A stretch of 64,000 nt of DNA from Spirochaetia bacterium (GTDB lineage Bacteria > Spirochaetota > Spirochaetia > WTKD01 > G963693115): assembly GCA_965226055.1 (NCBI GenBank), contig CBDDCA010000006.1:192001-256000 (forward strand), given 5' to 3'. Numbering within the stretch: position 1 is the first letter of the stretch; each line of letters starts with the position of its first letter. Position numbers and translations under genes: made by a program. A model generated the notes under the pieces. The model did no database searches and was not told the origin of the DNA. It saw only the letters and a program-made list of their open reading frames with translations. Positions 10,822 to 20,328 of the stretch are shown here, one piece after another.

Positions 10822-12057
10822 ATGAAACAATATTATTTACTTTTGAAGAATGGACATTGTATAGATCCATTCAACAACATAGATTCTGCTATGGACATTG
10901 CTATAGCAGACGGAAAAATAGCAGCAGTAGCCCCTCATATAGCAGAGGAAGAAGCTGAGAAACACATTGATATGTCAGGCTTATTAGTGAGTCCAGGACT
11001 TATTGATGCACATACCCATTGCTATCACAGTAGTGGCCTGCCTAAAGTGTGGGCAGGAGATTATAGCGTACAGCCTGATTACTATAGCTTTCGTAGTGGG
11101 GTTACCACTATGGTAGACACTGGGAGTGCAGGAAGCTATAATTTCGGACATTTCAAAACGACTGTCATTGACAGGGCAAAAACAAGAATACTTGCCTATC
11201 TTAATATTGCTGATTATGGAATGACAACATTGATGGTAGAACAGTACCCAGACACAAATGATAGTGAATCATTTATTAGTACTTGTAATGCATATCCACA
11301 GGACATAGTTGGCATAAAAATAGCTCATTATTGGAAAAAAGACTGGAAAGATGTTGAGTATGCACAAAAGGTGCAAAAAGAGGTACGCCTGCCTATTATG
11401 GTCGATTTTGGGGTGTTTAAGAAAGAGCGTCCTTACTACACACTTGTGAGTGATGTATTAAATCCTGGAGATATAAGCACTCACTGCTTTAGAGCTCCTG
11501 TACCTGTAGTGGATGAAAACAATACAGTATATCCTTTTTTATGGAAAGCAAAAAAGCGAGGCATAAAATTTGATCTTGGACATGGAGCAGGAAGTTTCGT
11601 TTTCAGAAATGCTATACCAGCAATGGAACAAGGGTTTCTCCCCGATTCTCTTTCTACTGATATACACGGACTTTGTATAAACGGAAATGTGTATGATCAA
11701 ACAAACCTTTTGTCAAAAATACATGCTTGTGGTTCACTCTCATGGTATGATATTTTTCGATTATCAACATCATCCCCTGCTGCCTATTTGAACAGAACTG
11801 ACATAGGAAATATGAGTATAGGAGCTGAGGCAGATATTGCAGTATGGTCTCTCCGAAAAGGAGCATTTAGATTTCAAGATATTGCAGGAGCATACATTGA
11901 AGGCGATGAAAAACTGGAATGTGAAATGACATTTCGAAAAGGAGAAGTTATGTGGGACATCAATGCACGTATGGCAACTCATTATAAGCATATGCCAAAA
12001 TTATATGGCTTAGAAACATGGCGAGAAGAATTGGTGCGACCACCAAACAATACATAA
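10822..12057 (+). CDS. Amidohydrolase/deacetylase (dihydroorotase-like, EF_0837 type)
   Basis: PGLIDAHTH, GVTTMVDTGSAG, DLGHGAGSF, STDIH. Confidence 0.85.
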   Translation: MKQYYLLLKNGHCIDPFNNIDSAMDIAIADGKIAAVAPHIAEEEAEKHIDMSGLLVSPGLIDAHTHCYHSSGLPKVWAGDYSVQPDYYSFRSGVTTMVDTGSAGSYNFGHFKTTVIDRAKTRILAYLNIADYGMTTLMVEQYPDTNDSESFISTCNAYPQDIVGIKIAHYWKKDWKDVEYAQKVQKEVRLPIMVDFGVFKKERPYYTLVSDVLNPGDISTHCFRAPVPVVDENNTVYPFLWKAKKRGIKFDLGHGAGSFVFRNAIPAMEQGFLPDSLSTDIHGLCINGNVYDQTNLLSKIHACGSLSWYDIFRLSTSSPAAYLNRTDIGNMSIGAEADIAVWSLRKGAFRFQDIAGAYIEGDEKLECEMTFRKGEVMWDINARMATHYKHMPKLYGLETWREELVRPPNNT

Positions 12058-12061
12058 GAAT

Positions 12062-13198
12062 ATGACTATCTATGAAGAATTAGGGATAACACCATGTATT
12101 AACGCGGCTGGCACTTATACTGTGATTGGAGGATCACGTATGAGTGAGAAAACGCTAAAGCATATATGCGAAGCTGCACAACAGCATGTGTCTATTGAAG
12201 AATTACTAGAAATAGTACAAAATAAAATCGCACATATGACACACAATCAAGCAGCGGTAGTGTGTAATGGAGCTGCGTCAGGATTGTATCTTACTGCACT
12301 TGCCTGTGTTTCATTGAAATTAAGGAAAGCTACTAAGTATATTAGTATTTCTGAACTTCAACAATATGAAATTCTCGCAATGAATGCCCACCATATACCC
12401 TATGATTTTGCAGTCACGCAAACAGGCATACAACAACGTTGGGTGGGATGTTCTAGTATAGCAGGAAGCATGAGCAAGGAAGATTTAGAGCAGGCTATTC
12501 ATGAACGAACGGTGGCATTGTTTTATTATGTCTCTTCTCCTGATGGACTTGATGCAGCAGGTGCACTCTCATTAGAAGAGACTATTGCAGTAGGAAAGAA
12601 GCACAATGTGCCTGTTATTGTTGATGCAGCAGCACAACTTCCTCCTGTAGAAAACCTCTGGAATTTCACTGCAATGGGAGCTACAGCAGCGCTCTTTAGT
12701 GGAGGCAAAGATCTATGTGGTCCGCAATCAAGCGGTCTCATTGTAGGACAGAAAACACTGTTGACTATTATTCAGCAGACAAATTTTCCTCATTACGGAT
12801 ACGGAAGAATGCTAAAAGTAGGGAGAGAAGAAATAGTAGGCTTATACAGTGCAGTAAAGCAGTACTTAGAAAAAGATCATACGCATAGAAATACATGGGT
12901 TGAAACAATGGTATCTGATATACTAAACGCATTTACTGACAGTGAGGTATACACAATGGAACGTGCTTTTCCTAACGAGGCACAACAGCCCCTCGCCTAT
13001 GTAAGAATAGCATTAAAAAACAATAGGAGCATCCATGTGCTAGAACAAGATCTTAGAAAAGAAGCTATTTCTATTTTTGTAAAGTCCGAGAAAAATGTAC
13101 TGTACATAAACCCTATGACATTACAAGAAAACGAAATATCCCTTGTTATCAAAAAACTAAAAATAATTGAAGACAACTACATAAGGAGTAAGCAATGA
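12062..13198 (+). CDS. SelA-like PLP enzyme (DgaE/EF_0838 family)
   Basis: INAAGTYT.IGGS, IVDAAAQLP, FSGGK, KVGREEIVGL. Confidence 0.85.
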   Translation: MTIYEELGITPCINAAGTYTVIGGSRMSEKTLKHICEAAQQHVSIEELLEIVQNKIAHMTHNQAAVVCNGAASGLYLTALACVSLKLRKATKYISISELQQYEILAMNAHHIPYDFAVTQTGIQQRWVGCSSIAGSMSKEDLEQAIHERTVALFYYVSSPDGLDAAGALSLEETIAVGKKHNVPVIVDAAAQLPPVENLWNFTAMGATAALFSGGKDLCGPQSSGLIVGQKTLLTIIQQTNFPHYGYGRMLKVGREEIVGLYSAVKQYLEKDHTHRNTWVETMVSDILNAFTDSEVYTMERAFPNEAQQPLAYVRIALKNNRSIHVLEQDLRKEAISIFVKSEKNVLYINPMTLQENEISLVIKKLKIIEDNYIRSKQ

Positions 13199-13590
13199 TA
13201 AAAAGAATACCTAACAATGCCATCCAGCATAGTACTGCAGGCCCCTATTCGCCTGTGTTAGAAGTAGCGTTTGATACATTAGTATTGATATCAGGACAAG
13301 CCCCCATAGATATGGATGGCACTGTTGTAGGAGCTAGCATAGAAGAACAAACAAGGTTTACTATGGATAACTGCATAAAACAACTCAAAAATGCTCAGTG
13401 TACATTAGACAATGTATTTAAGGTAAACGTGTATCTTACAGATCTTGATCTATGGCCACGTTTTAATGAAGTATACAAAACATACTTCTCTCTTCCATAC
13501 CCCTGTCGTACGGCAGTGCAAGTAGGCTTACTCTACACATTCTTAGTAGAAATAGAAATGTGGGCAGCAAAGAACAATACCAGCACATAA
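13195..13590 (+). CDS. RidA/YjgF family enamine deaminase
   Basis: GPYS, ISGQ, FNEVY..YF, P.RTAV, VEIE. Confidence 0.9.
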   Translation: MIKRIPNNAIQHSTAGPYSPVLEVAFDTLVLISGQAPIDMDGTVVGASIEEQTRFTMDNCIKQLKNAQCTLDNVFKVNVYLTDLDLWPRFNEVYKTYFSLPYPCRTAVQVGLLYTFLVEIEMWAAKNNTST

Positions 13591-14476
13591 AACAATAGAG
13601 CGTGTTTTTCCTTCCTCTCTCTACTTTTTCTGACAATATAAAAGACACATTATCTACTACGTGAAAATCTCCGAAAAGACGATACCACATGGTATATGAG
13701 AGTAAAATTTATTACATCCATAAAAAGCTCAAGGAGGAGAATATAACTTTCAGCATTTTTTATAGTAGAAAGAGGAACTATGAGCTTAACAAATATGGTG
13801 AGCAACTGTGGATTTACACACATTAAAAATAGTGCATACCCTATAAAACATATGGACACTATATGTTTTAATAGTTTTAATTTCTTTATAATACATATAA
13901 ATTGAATAAAACAAATAATAAGAATATCAATAAGTATAGATAAATAGGAATATTGACATGGAAAATGGAATATATATGAAGATAAACCCGATCTTGCTAG
14001 TTTAATAGTACTTAGGGGAAAAACAGGAAGCGTAGCAACAAATAAATTCAATATAACAATCCAGAATAACCCTAGCAACCAATCTTTACCGTGTTCACTA
14101 ACATAATATGAAAAGAACAAACTAAATTTATCTAATGGATTTTTTTCTTTTTTACGATGTTTCTCTAATTCTTTTACATAGTACTGATGTGCTTCTATGC
14201 TATTGCTTTGCTTATAAAACTCATTTTTAATAACACGATATGTCTCTTTATCATCTACTGTTTCTACCTCAGCTCCAAGAAAAAATAAATTTCTTTCTAT
14301 ATGCACTCCATACAGATCTATTTTTTTAAATTTTCTATTCATAAAATAACCATGTTTCTCAAAGCTACAATATGAAAAATCAGCCTTAAGTTCCTCTTCT
14401 TCTTTTTTCTCTTTTTTATCAAAGTACACAACACCCTCAAAAGTAGTATTTTTAAAAATTATCTTATCGTTAAACA

Positions 14477-15557
14477 CACGAGTTCAAGGATTAAATGCGA
14501 CAAAGGAGCAAAAAAAGTAAGAAAAAATAAAAAAAGGAGACACTCTATAATTGTATAAACGAAACAAATTAGGAGGTCTCCTTTATGAGTATACCAAAAA
14601 ACTCATTTCGTCATCTGACAGACAAAGATCGTACTATTATCGCTACGCTCCGTCATGCAAAGTACAGTATCAATGCTATAGCCAAACGCCTCAGTGTCCA
14701 TCGCAGCACTGTCTATCGTGAAATACAACGCAATGGAGGCAAACATGTCTATAATGAAGTCATTGCTCACAGACAGGCAAGAAAACGATGGGATAAGAGC
14801 CATAAAAAACTCTCTATTCCTTCTCATACTATTCGTACCTATATCGTTTTTCACCTTATATTCGATGGCTGGTCGCCTGAACAAATAGCAGGAAGGCTCA
14901 GTATTGATATGCCTCAGTATACTATCAGTCATGAGACAATATATCACTTTATTTATCGTTTTGCTCCTCATTTGACACAGTATCTGCGAAAACAGCACCA
15001 AACACGCAAAAAAAGAAGAGTATCTCGTTCTTTTTCTGTTTCTCGTATCCCTCATCGTGTCTCAGTACACGAACGAGGCGATGTTTCTAATGAATATGGC
15101 CACTGGGAAGTAGATCTTGTTGGCTCTTCTTCAAAAGCTACTGTGCTTGCTTTAGTGGAAAAACATACCCGTTATGTTCTTTTTCATAAGATACCTGACA
15201 AAACTGCTCATACCGTACAGTATGGCATGCTCTTTGCTCTAAGGAACATACCACGCCATTTATGTAACAGTTTCACTTATGATAATGGGAGTGAATTTAT
15301 GCTCCATACTGAAATAAATACACGCCTGAATGCTCGTTCTTATTTTTGTACTCCTTACTGTGCTTGGGAAAAAGGATTAGTCGAACATTCTATTGGATTA
15401 TTACGTCAGTACTTTCCTAAGAAGACTTTGTTTCATAGAGTCAAGCAAAGTGATATACTACAAGTACAAACGCTTATCAATCATAGACCACGAAAATGTC
15501 TTCATTTTTTGACCCCTGCTGAAGCCTTTTCTGTCGCATTTAGTCCTTGAATCCGCA
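14477..15557 (+). mobile_element. IS30-family insertion sequence
   Basis: IRs cgagttcaaggattaaatgcgaca (14479-14502) and tgtcgcatttagtccttgaatccg (15532-15555); ACA (or AACA) target duplication; ends uncertain by 1 bp. Confidence 0.92.
14585..15550 (+). CDS. IS30 family DDE transposase
   Basis: HTH (IAKRLSVHRSTVYREI), WSPEQIAG, GHWEVD, TYDNGSEF, WEKGLVE, NHRPRK. Confidence 0.95.
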   Translation: MSIPKNSFRHLTDKDRTIIATLRHAKYSINAIAKRLSVHRSTVYREIQRNGGKHVYNEVIAHRQARKRWDKSHKKLSIPSHTIRTYIVFHLIFDGWSPEQIAGRLSIDMPQYTISHETIYHFIYRFAPHLTQYLRKQHQTRKKRRVSRSFSVSRIPHRVSVHERGDVSNEYGHWEVDLVGSSSKATVLALVEKHTRYVLFHKIPDKTAHTVQYGMLFALRNIPRHLCNSFTYDNGSEFMLHTEINTRLNARSYFCTPYCAWEKGLVEHSIGLLRQYFPKKTLFHRVKQSDILQVQTLINHRPRKCLHFLTPAEAFSVAFSP

Positions 15558-15899
15558 ACATAGCATATCTAAAATTTGATATTTTTTTAAAAATAACATG
15601 ATCAAAATCAGCATCTTGTTTAAATTTTGACTTTCTAAAAATAGCATTTTCTGCAAAAGAAACACACCGAAAATATACTTTTTCTTTAAAAGTAGCTGCA
15701 GAAAAATCAACAAATCCTTTAAAGGATACCTTTTTATCCCAATTTAAACCAAATTTAGTTTCTTTTTCAAATATAGCTTTACGAAAAACTACCTCTACAA
15801 ATAATTCAACAGCACAAAAATCTACTTCTTTCTTAAAATTAACTTCACTAAAGTCTACTTTTTTCTCAAAAGTAGCTCCATTAAAATTCACTTCCTCTT

Positions 15900-17380
15900 C
15901 AAATTTAGCACTACAAAATTTTGCTTCCTCCCCAAATTTAGCACTACTAAAATCTGCTTTCTCCCCAAAGGTAGTATCACTAAATTTTGCTTCCTTTTTA
16001 AATGTAATATTCCAAAAATTTGCTTTCTCTCCAAAGGTAGTACTACTAAAATCTGCTTCCTTTCCAAATTTAACTTCCCAAAAATTTGCTTCCTTAAAAT
16101 TAGCATTATTAAAACTTACTTTCTTTTTAAATCTAGCAGCTCTAAAATCTGTTTCGTCTCCAAAGGTAACATCACTAAAATCTGTTTCATCTCCAAAGGT
16201 AACATCACTAAAATCTGCTCTCTCCCCAAAGGTAGTATCACTAAATTTTGCTTCCTTTCCAAATCTAGCATTACTAAAATCTGCTTCCTCTCCAAATTCA
16301 GCACTACTAAAATCTACTTCCTCTCCAAAGGTAACACTCCAAAACCTTGCTTCCTTTTCAAATCTAGCATTACTAAAATCTGCTTCCTCTCCAAAGGTAA
16401 CACTCCAAAACCTTGCTTCCTTTTCAAATCTAGCATTACTAAAATCTGCTTCCTCTCCAAAGGTAACACCCCAAAACTTTGCTTCCTTTTCAAATCTAGC
16501 ATTACTAAAATCTGCTTCCTCTCCAAATTCAGCACTACTAAAATCTGCTTCCTCTCCAAAGGTAACACCCCAAAACTTTGCTTCCTTTTCAAATCTAGCA
16601 TTACTAAAATCTGCTTCCTCTCCAAATTCAGCACTACTAAAATCTACTTCCTCTCCAAAGGTAACACTCCAAAACTTTGTTTCCTTTTTAAACTCAGCAC
16701 TACTAAAATCTGCTTCCTCTCCAAATTCAGCACTACTAAAATCTACTTCCTCTCCAAAGGTAACACTCCAAAACTTTGTTTCCTTTTTAAACTCAGCACT
16801 ACTAAAATCTGCTTCCTCTCCAAATTCAGCACTACTAAAATCTACTTCCTCTCCAAAGGTAACACTCCAAAACTTTGTTTCCTTTTTAAACTCAGCACTA
16901 CTAAAATCTGCTTCCTCTCCAAATTCAGCACTACTAAAATCTACTTCCTCTCCAAAGGTAACACTCCAAAACTTTGTTTCCTTTTTAAACTCAGCACTAC
17001 TAAAATCTGCTTCCTCTCCAAATTCAGCACTACTAAAATCTGCTTCCTCTCCAAAGGTAACACCCCAAAACTTTGCTTCCTTTTCAAATCTAGCATTACT
17101 AAAATCTGCTTCCTCTCCAAATTCAGCACTACTAAAATCTACTTCCTCTCCAAAGGTAACACCCCAAAACTTTGCTTCCTTTTCAAATCTAGCATTACTA
17201 AAATCTGCTTCCTCTCCAAAGGTAACACTCCAAAACCTTGCTTCCTTTTCAAATCTAGCATTACTAAAATCTGCTTCCTCTCCAAAGGTAACACTCCAAA
17301 ACTTTGCTTCCTTTTCAAACTCAGCACTACTAAAATTTACTTCCTTTTCAAATCTAGGACTACTAAAATCTGCTTCTCCT
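15900..17380 (-). repeat. Intragenic tandem 30-bp repeats (10-aa units) with higher-order 90-bp blocks
   Basis: Units such as FGEEADFSSA, FEKEAKFWSV, FGEEVDFSSA; identical 90-bp blocks at about 16650-17010; boundaries approximate. Confidence 0.9.
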
Positions 17381-17644
17381 AAAAAATCACAATATGAGAA
17401 ATTATATATTTTTTCTTCTTTCTTATATAATTCACATAGTTCCGTAATGGCATTTGTATGTATATTATTGAGTACTTTTGCCCTTAGATCACCTTTTTCT
17501 GTTTCATACCACTGTATACATTTTCGAATATGCGGATATTTTTTCCATATATCCTTAAGTTCCTCGTTGTTGGATAGCTCTGCAAGTTCTTCTTGTGTTT
17601 TTTCTTCCATCACATAATTATTATAGTTAATATATAAATATTTT

Positions 17645-17684
17645 GTTGTAGGTGAGCTGAAATTCTTTCTTTATATGATTTGAC
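17645..17684 (+). repeat. Degenerate orphan CRISPR repeat R1
   Basis: GTTGTAGGTGAGCTGAAATTCTTT[CTTT]ATATGATTTGAC; 30/36 to the array repeat plus a 4-nt insertion. Confidence 0.85.
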
Positions 17685-17745
17685 TTAACTTTAATATCAA
17701 GTAATGTAAAAAGCTACATAAAATATATATAGCACATAAGAATAT

Positions 17746-18228
17746 TTATGGATAATTACATATATCTATATTATGATATGTAAAAAAATCGGAAACAACA
17801 GTAGTAGAAGAATCATTATCAAAAAAATCATCCAATTCAGCTATTTTTTCATTATTCAACTTTTTAATCGCTTCTCGTTCATCAATTACAGCAAGTTTTT
17901 CCTCTAACCTTTGATTATGATAATCAGTTATATCATGTGTATCTTCTGCTTTCTTTCTCAAGTATTTAATCTCAATTTCCTCAAGTTTTTTATTTTTCTG
18001 TTCTCTTATTTTTCTTTGTTCAGAAAACCACAAAGAAAGAAAACTATAAAGGGCATCCTCTTTCAATTCCTCTAATGCGTAATTTTCAGTTTCTAAATAA
18101 TCATCTAATAAATATCGAACAGTAACACAATCTTGTAAATATCTATCAAAAAAAGATTCTTGAGATTCAATATTTTGCAAGAAAAATAATAATATACATA
18201 ATTGTATCAATGCAACTTTTCTTATCAT
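17746..18228 (-). CDS. Hypothetical secreted helical protein
   Basis: Signal peptide, charged coiled-coil, AGGAG RBS. Confidence 0.7.
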   Translation of the reverse strand: MIRKVALIQLCILLFFLQNIESQESFFDRYLQDCVTVRYLLDDYLETENYALEELKEDALYSFLSLWFSEQRKIREQKNKKLEEIEIKYLRKKAEDTHDITDYHNQRLEEKLAVIDEREAIKKLNNEKIAELDDFFDNDSSTTVVSDFFTYHNIDICNYP

Positions 18229-18267
18229 ACCTACTCCTACTTTCTAATATAGCACTTATTGGTTTTT

Positions 18268-18303
18268 GTTATAGATAAACTGAAGTTCTTTATATGATAT
18301 AAT
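18268..18303 (+). repeat. Degenerate orphan CRISPR repeat R2
   Basis: GTTATAGATAAACTGAAGTTCTTTATATGATATAAT; 30/36, all differences A/G transitions. Confidence 0.9.
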
Positions 18304-18392
18304 CAATTATGATGACGAGTGAATAAAGCTACTTAAAATATTTACAGCTACTTTTTAGCAGTCATAATTAAATAGAGAACAGGAGAATTTTT

Positions 18393-19208
18393 ATGGACTA
18401 TACGCTATTTTTAAGTAAAAATGATACTGATCGTACATTACATGAGTTTGAGGGATTAGTGAAAGGTATTCTATTAGATAATGAACTAAATGAAAAGGAA
18501 GTGATAGCACTGAGAACATGGATTGATAACAATACACACTTTCTTTCTAAGAGTAATAAGGGTGTAACAAAAAACATTTTTACTGATTTATACTCCGCTT
18601 TTTATAGTAAATCAGGTGAGATTTTAATTGATGATATATTTATGTGTTTGCGTAATATCTCCTTCAAATCAATCTACTATAAAGAAGATACTACTAATAT
18701 ACAAATTTTAATAGGTTTGCTACGTGGTATTGTTGCCGATAGAGTTATAAATCAAAAAGAAATAAATAATCTTATTGTATGGTTAAAAGATCATTCTAGT
18801 TTACAGTCTATGTATCCATATAACCTATTAGTGAAGTTACTCCAAATAGGAACAGTTGATGAAGGAATTATTACAGATAATGAAGGTAAGTTGATGGAGC
18901 TTTGTATTGGTTTTGAAAGTGATTATGCTAATCAATCTGTTGTTAATAATGACATAGAAGTAATTTTTGCAAACAAACATTTTTGCTTTAGTGGCTATTC
19001 TGACAGTTATTCCAAGAAAGAAGTGCAAGAAAAAATAGAGAGTTTGAGTGGCTTTTATCATAAGAGTATGTGCAAAAAAGTTGACTATCTCATTTTAGGA
19101 GATAAAAAAAGTGAAGGCTGGGCTTATGGGAGCTATGGAAGAAAAGTAGAAAGCGCTCTAAATAATGGTATTCCCGTAGTTTCAGAATCTGTGTTATCAG
19201 TAACATAA
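18393..19208 (+). CDS. BRCT-domain protein with N-terminal TerB-like helical repeats
   Basis: Two G..KGI..D...N..E...L..W units; C-terminal FCFSG...VDYLILG...W....YGRKVE.A BRCT signature. Confidence 0.8.
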   Translation: MDYTLFLSKNDTDRTLHEFEGLVKGILLDNELNEKEVIALRTWIDNNTHFLSKSNKGVTKNIFTDLYSAFYSKSGEILIDDIFMCLRNISFKSIYYKEDTTNIQILIGLLRGIVADRVINQKEINNLIVWLKDHSSLQSMYPYNLLVKLLQIGTVDEGIITDNEGKLMELCIGFESDYANQSVVNNDIEVIFANKHFCFSGYSDSYSKKEVQEKIESLSGFYHKSMCKKVDYLILGDKKSEGWAYGSYGRKVESALNNGIPVVSESVLSVT

Positions 19209-19233
19209 GAATTACACACAAATATGTAATAAT

Positions 19234-19273
19234 ATTATAGATAAGCTAAAACTCTTTCTTTACATGATATAAT
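19234..19273 (+). repeat. Degenerate orphan CRISPR repeat R3
   Basis: ATTATAGATAAGCTAAAACTCTTT[CTTT]ACATGATATAAT; 28/36 plus the same 4-nt insertion as R1. Confidence 0.8.
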
Positions 19274-19313
19274 TGATTGTATCTCTAGTAATGGGTAAAT
19301 ACCCAATCAATAA

Positions 19314-20132
19314 TTAGAATTTTTCAACAAAATAAGACACCGTATTCTCTATTAAAGTTTGAGAGTGCGTCTTATCATCAGTTAATACATTGAATATATG
19401 ATCTGCATCTTCCATTTGTATAAATGATGTGCTTTTTGCTTTACTAGCATGAGATAAAAAGTCAGAGTCATCATACTGTAAAAAATCGTTAGTTCCACGA
19501 ATAACAAGTAAGTCGCCATCATATGTATCTATCACTGAGTATGAGTTCCATCCAATTAGTCCATATATAAATTGTCGCGATATTCTTTGTTCTGACCATG
19601 TAACCTCGTCATAAAAATCATTATTTGATAAAGAACGCAGATTAACATTGTCGTCATAATTTTTTGAAATTAGCCTAAATGAGCCATCATATGTTGGAGA
19701 CCAAAGTACAGTGACATCTACTTTTAGTGTAGTAATTACATAGGACGCTGTTAGTCCTCCTAAGGAAAATCCAATAACACCAATTTTCTTTGTTGGATAT
19801 TCTTTTTTTACTTTATTATATGCTTCCACTGACTCCTGTAGTCTACTTTCCATTGTTGATGTTACATAGTATTTGTTTCGTTCACCTTCGCCACTAAAAT
19901 TAAATCGATACGATGCTATATTTTTCTCCAAAAGTTCATTGGCAGTATCCTTAAATAAGTTTCCGACTTCATCATAATGACTTTGAAATCCATGAAGCAT
20001 AATTACAATAGAGTCAAATGTATCAGGACGAACAAACACTCCATTCTTATTGTCTTCTTTATTATCCTCTGTTCTTGAAGCACACGAAATTAACACTATG
20101 CTTATGCACATACATATAAATAATTTTTTCAT
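19314..20132 (-). CDS. Alpha/beta hydrolase lipoprotein
   Basis: Lipobox LISC; HGF, GFSLGG nucleophile elbow, GTND, ADHIF. Confidence 0.88.
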   Translation of the reverse strand: MKKLFICMCISIVLISCASRTEDNKEDNKNGVFVRPDTFDSIVIMLHGFQSHYDEVGNLFKDTANELLEKNIASYRFNFSGEGERNKYYVTSTMESRLQESVEAYNKVKKEYPTKKIGVIGFSLGGLTASYVITTLKVDVTVLWSPTYDGSFRLISKNYDDNVNLRSLSNNDFYDEVTWSEQRISRQFIYGLIGWNSYSVIDTYDGDLLVIRGTNDFLQYDDSDFLSHASKAKSTSFIQMEDADHIFNVLTDDKTHSQTLIENTVSYFVEKF

Positions 20133-20328
20133 AAAAATCTCCTCATTGTAATAATGGTTTTGGCATTGATAAAAAAGAACAGATAAATAAAATGGACTAA
20201 ACCTGCCTCCTTTATTTAATTATACAAACTTTATACATGTTTCGCTTTGCTTCCTAGTATTTCTTTCTAAAGTATCTTTTTTTAGTTATCTATGCCCACC
20301 CCTAAAAATTACTACAGGAGTTTTATAT

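Larger units (their letters stand above)
13650..17613 (-). pseudogene. Pentapeptide-repeat protein with C-terminal membrane domain, interrupted by IS30
   Basis: Removing the IS and one target copy gives ...NFRYAM-FNDKIIF... in frame, joining ORFs 15502..17613 and 13650..14477. Confidence 0.88.

Noticed and set aside
15888-17327. Alternate-frame repetitive ORFs in the pentapeptide gene
   Set aside because: Shadow frames of the 30-bp repeats.
19274-19313. Hairpin after R3 as a possible integron attC site
   Set aside because: Lacks RYYYAAC/GTTRRRY boxes and there is no integron integrase in the window; more likely a terminator.
20147-20155. tgtaataat match between the sequence 5' of R3 (putative guide seed) and the hydrolase promoter region
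   Set aside because: Only 9 nt in very AT-rich DNA and the PAM is unknown; not distinguishable from chance.
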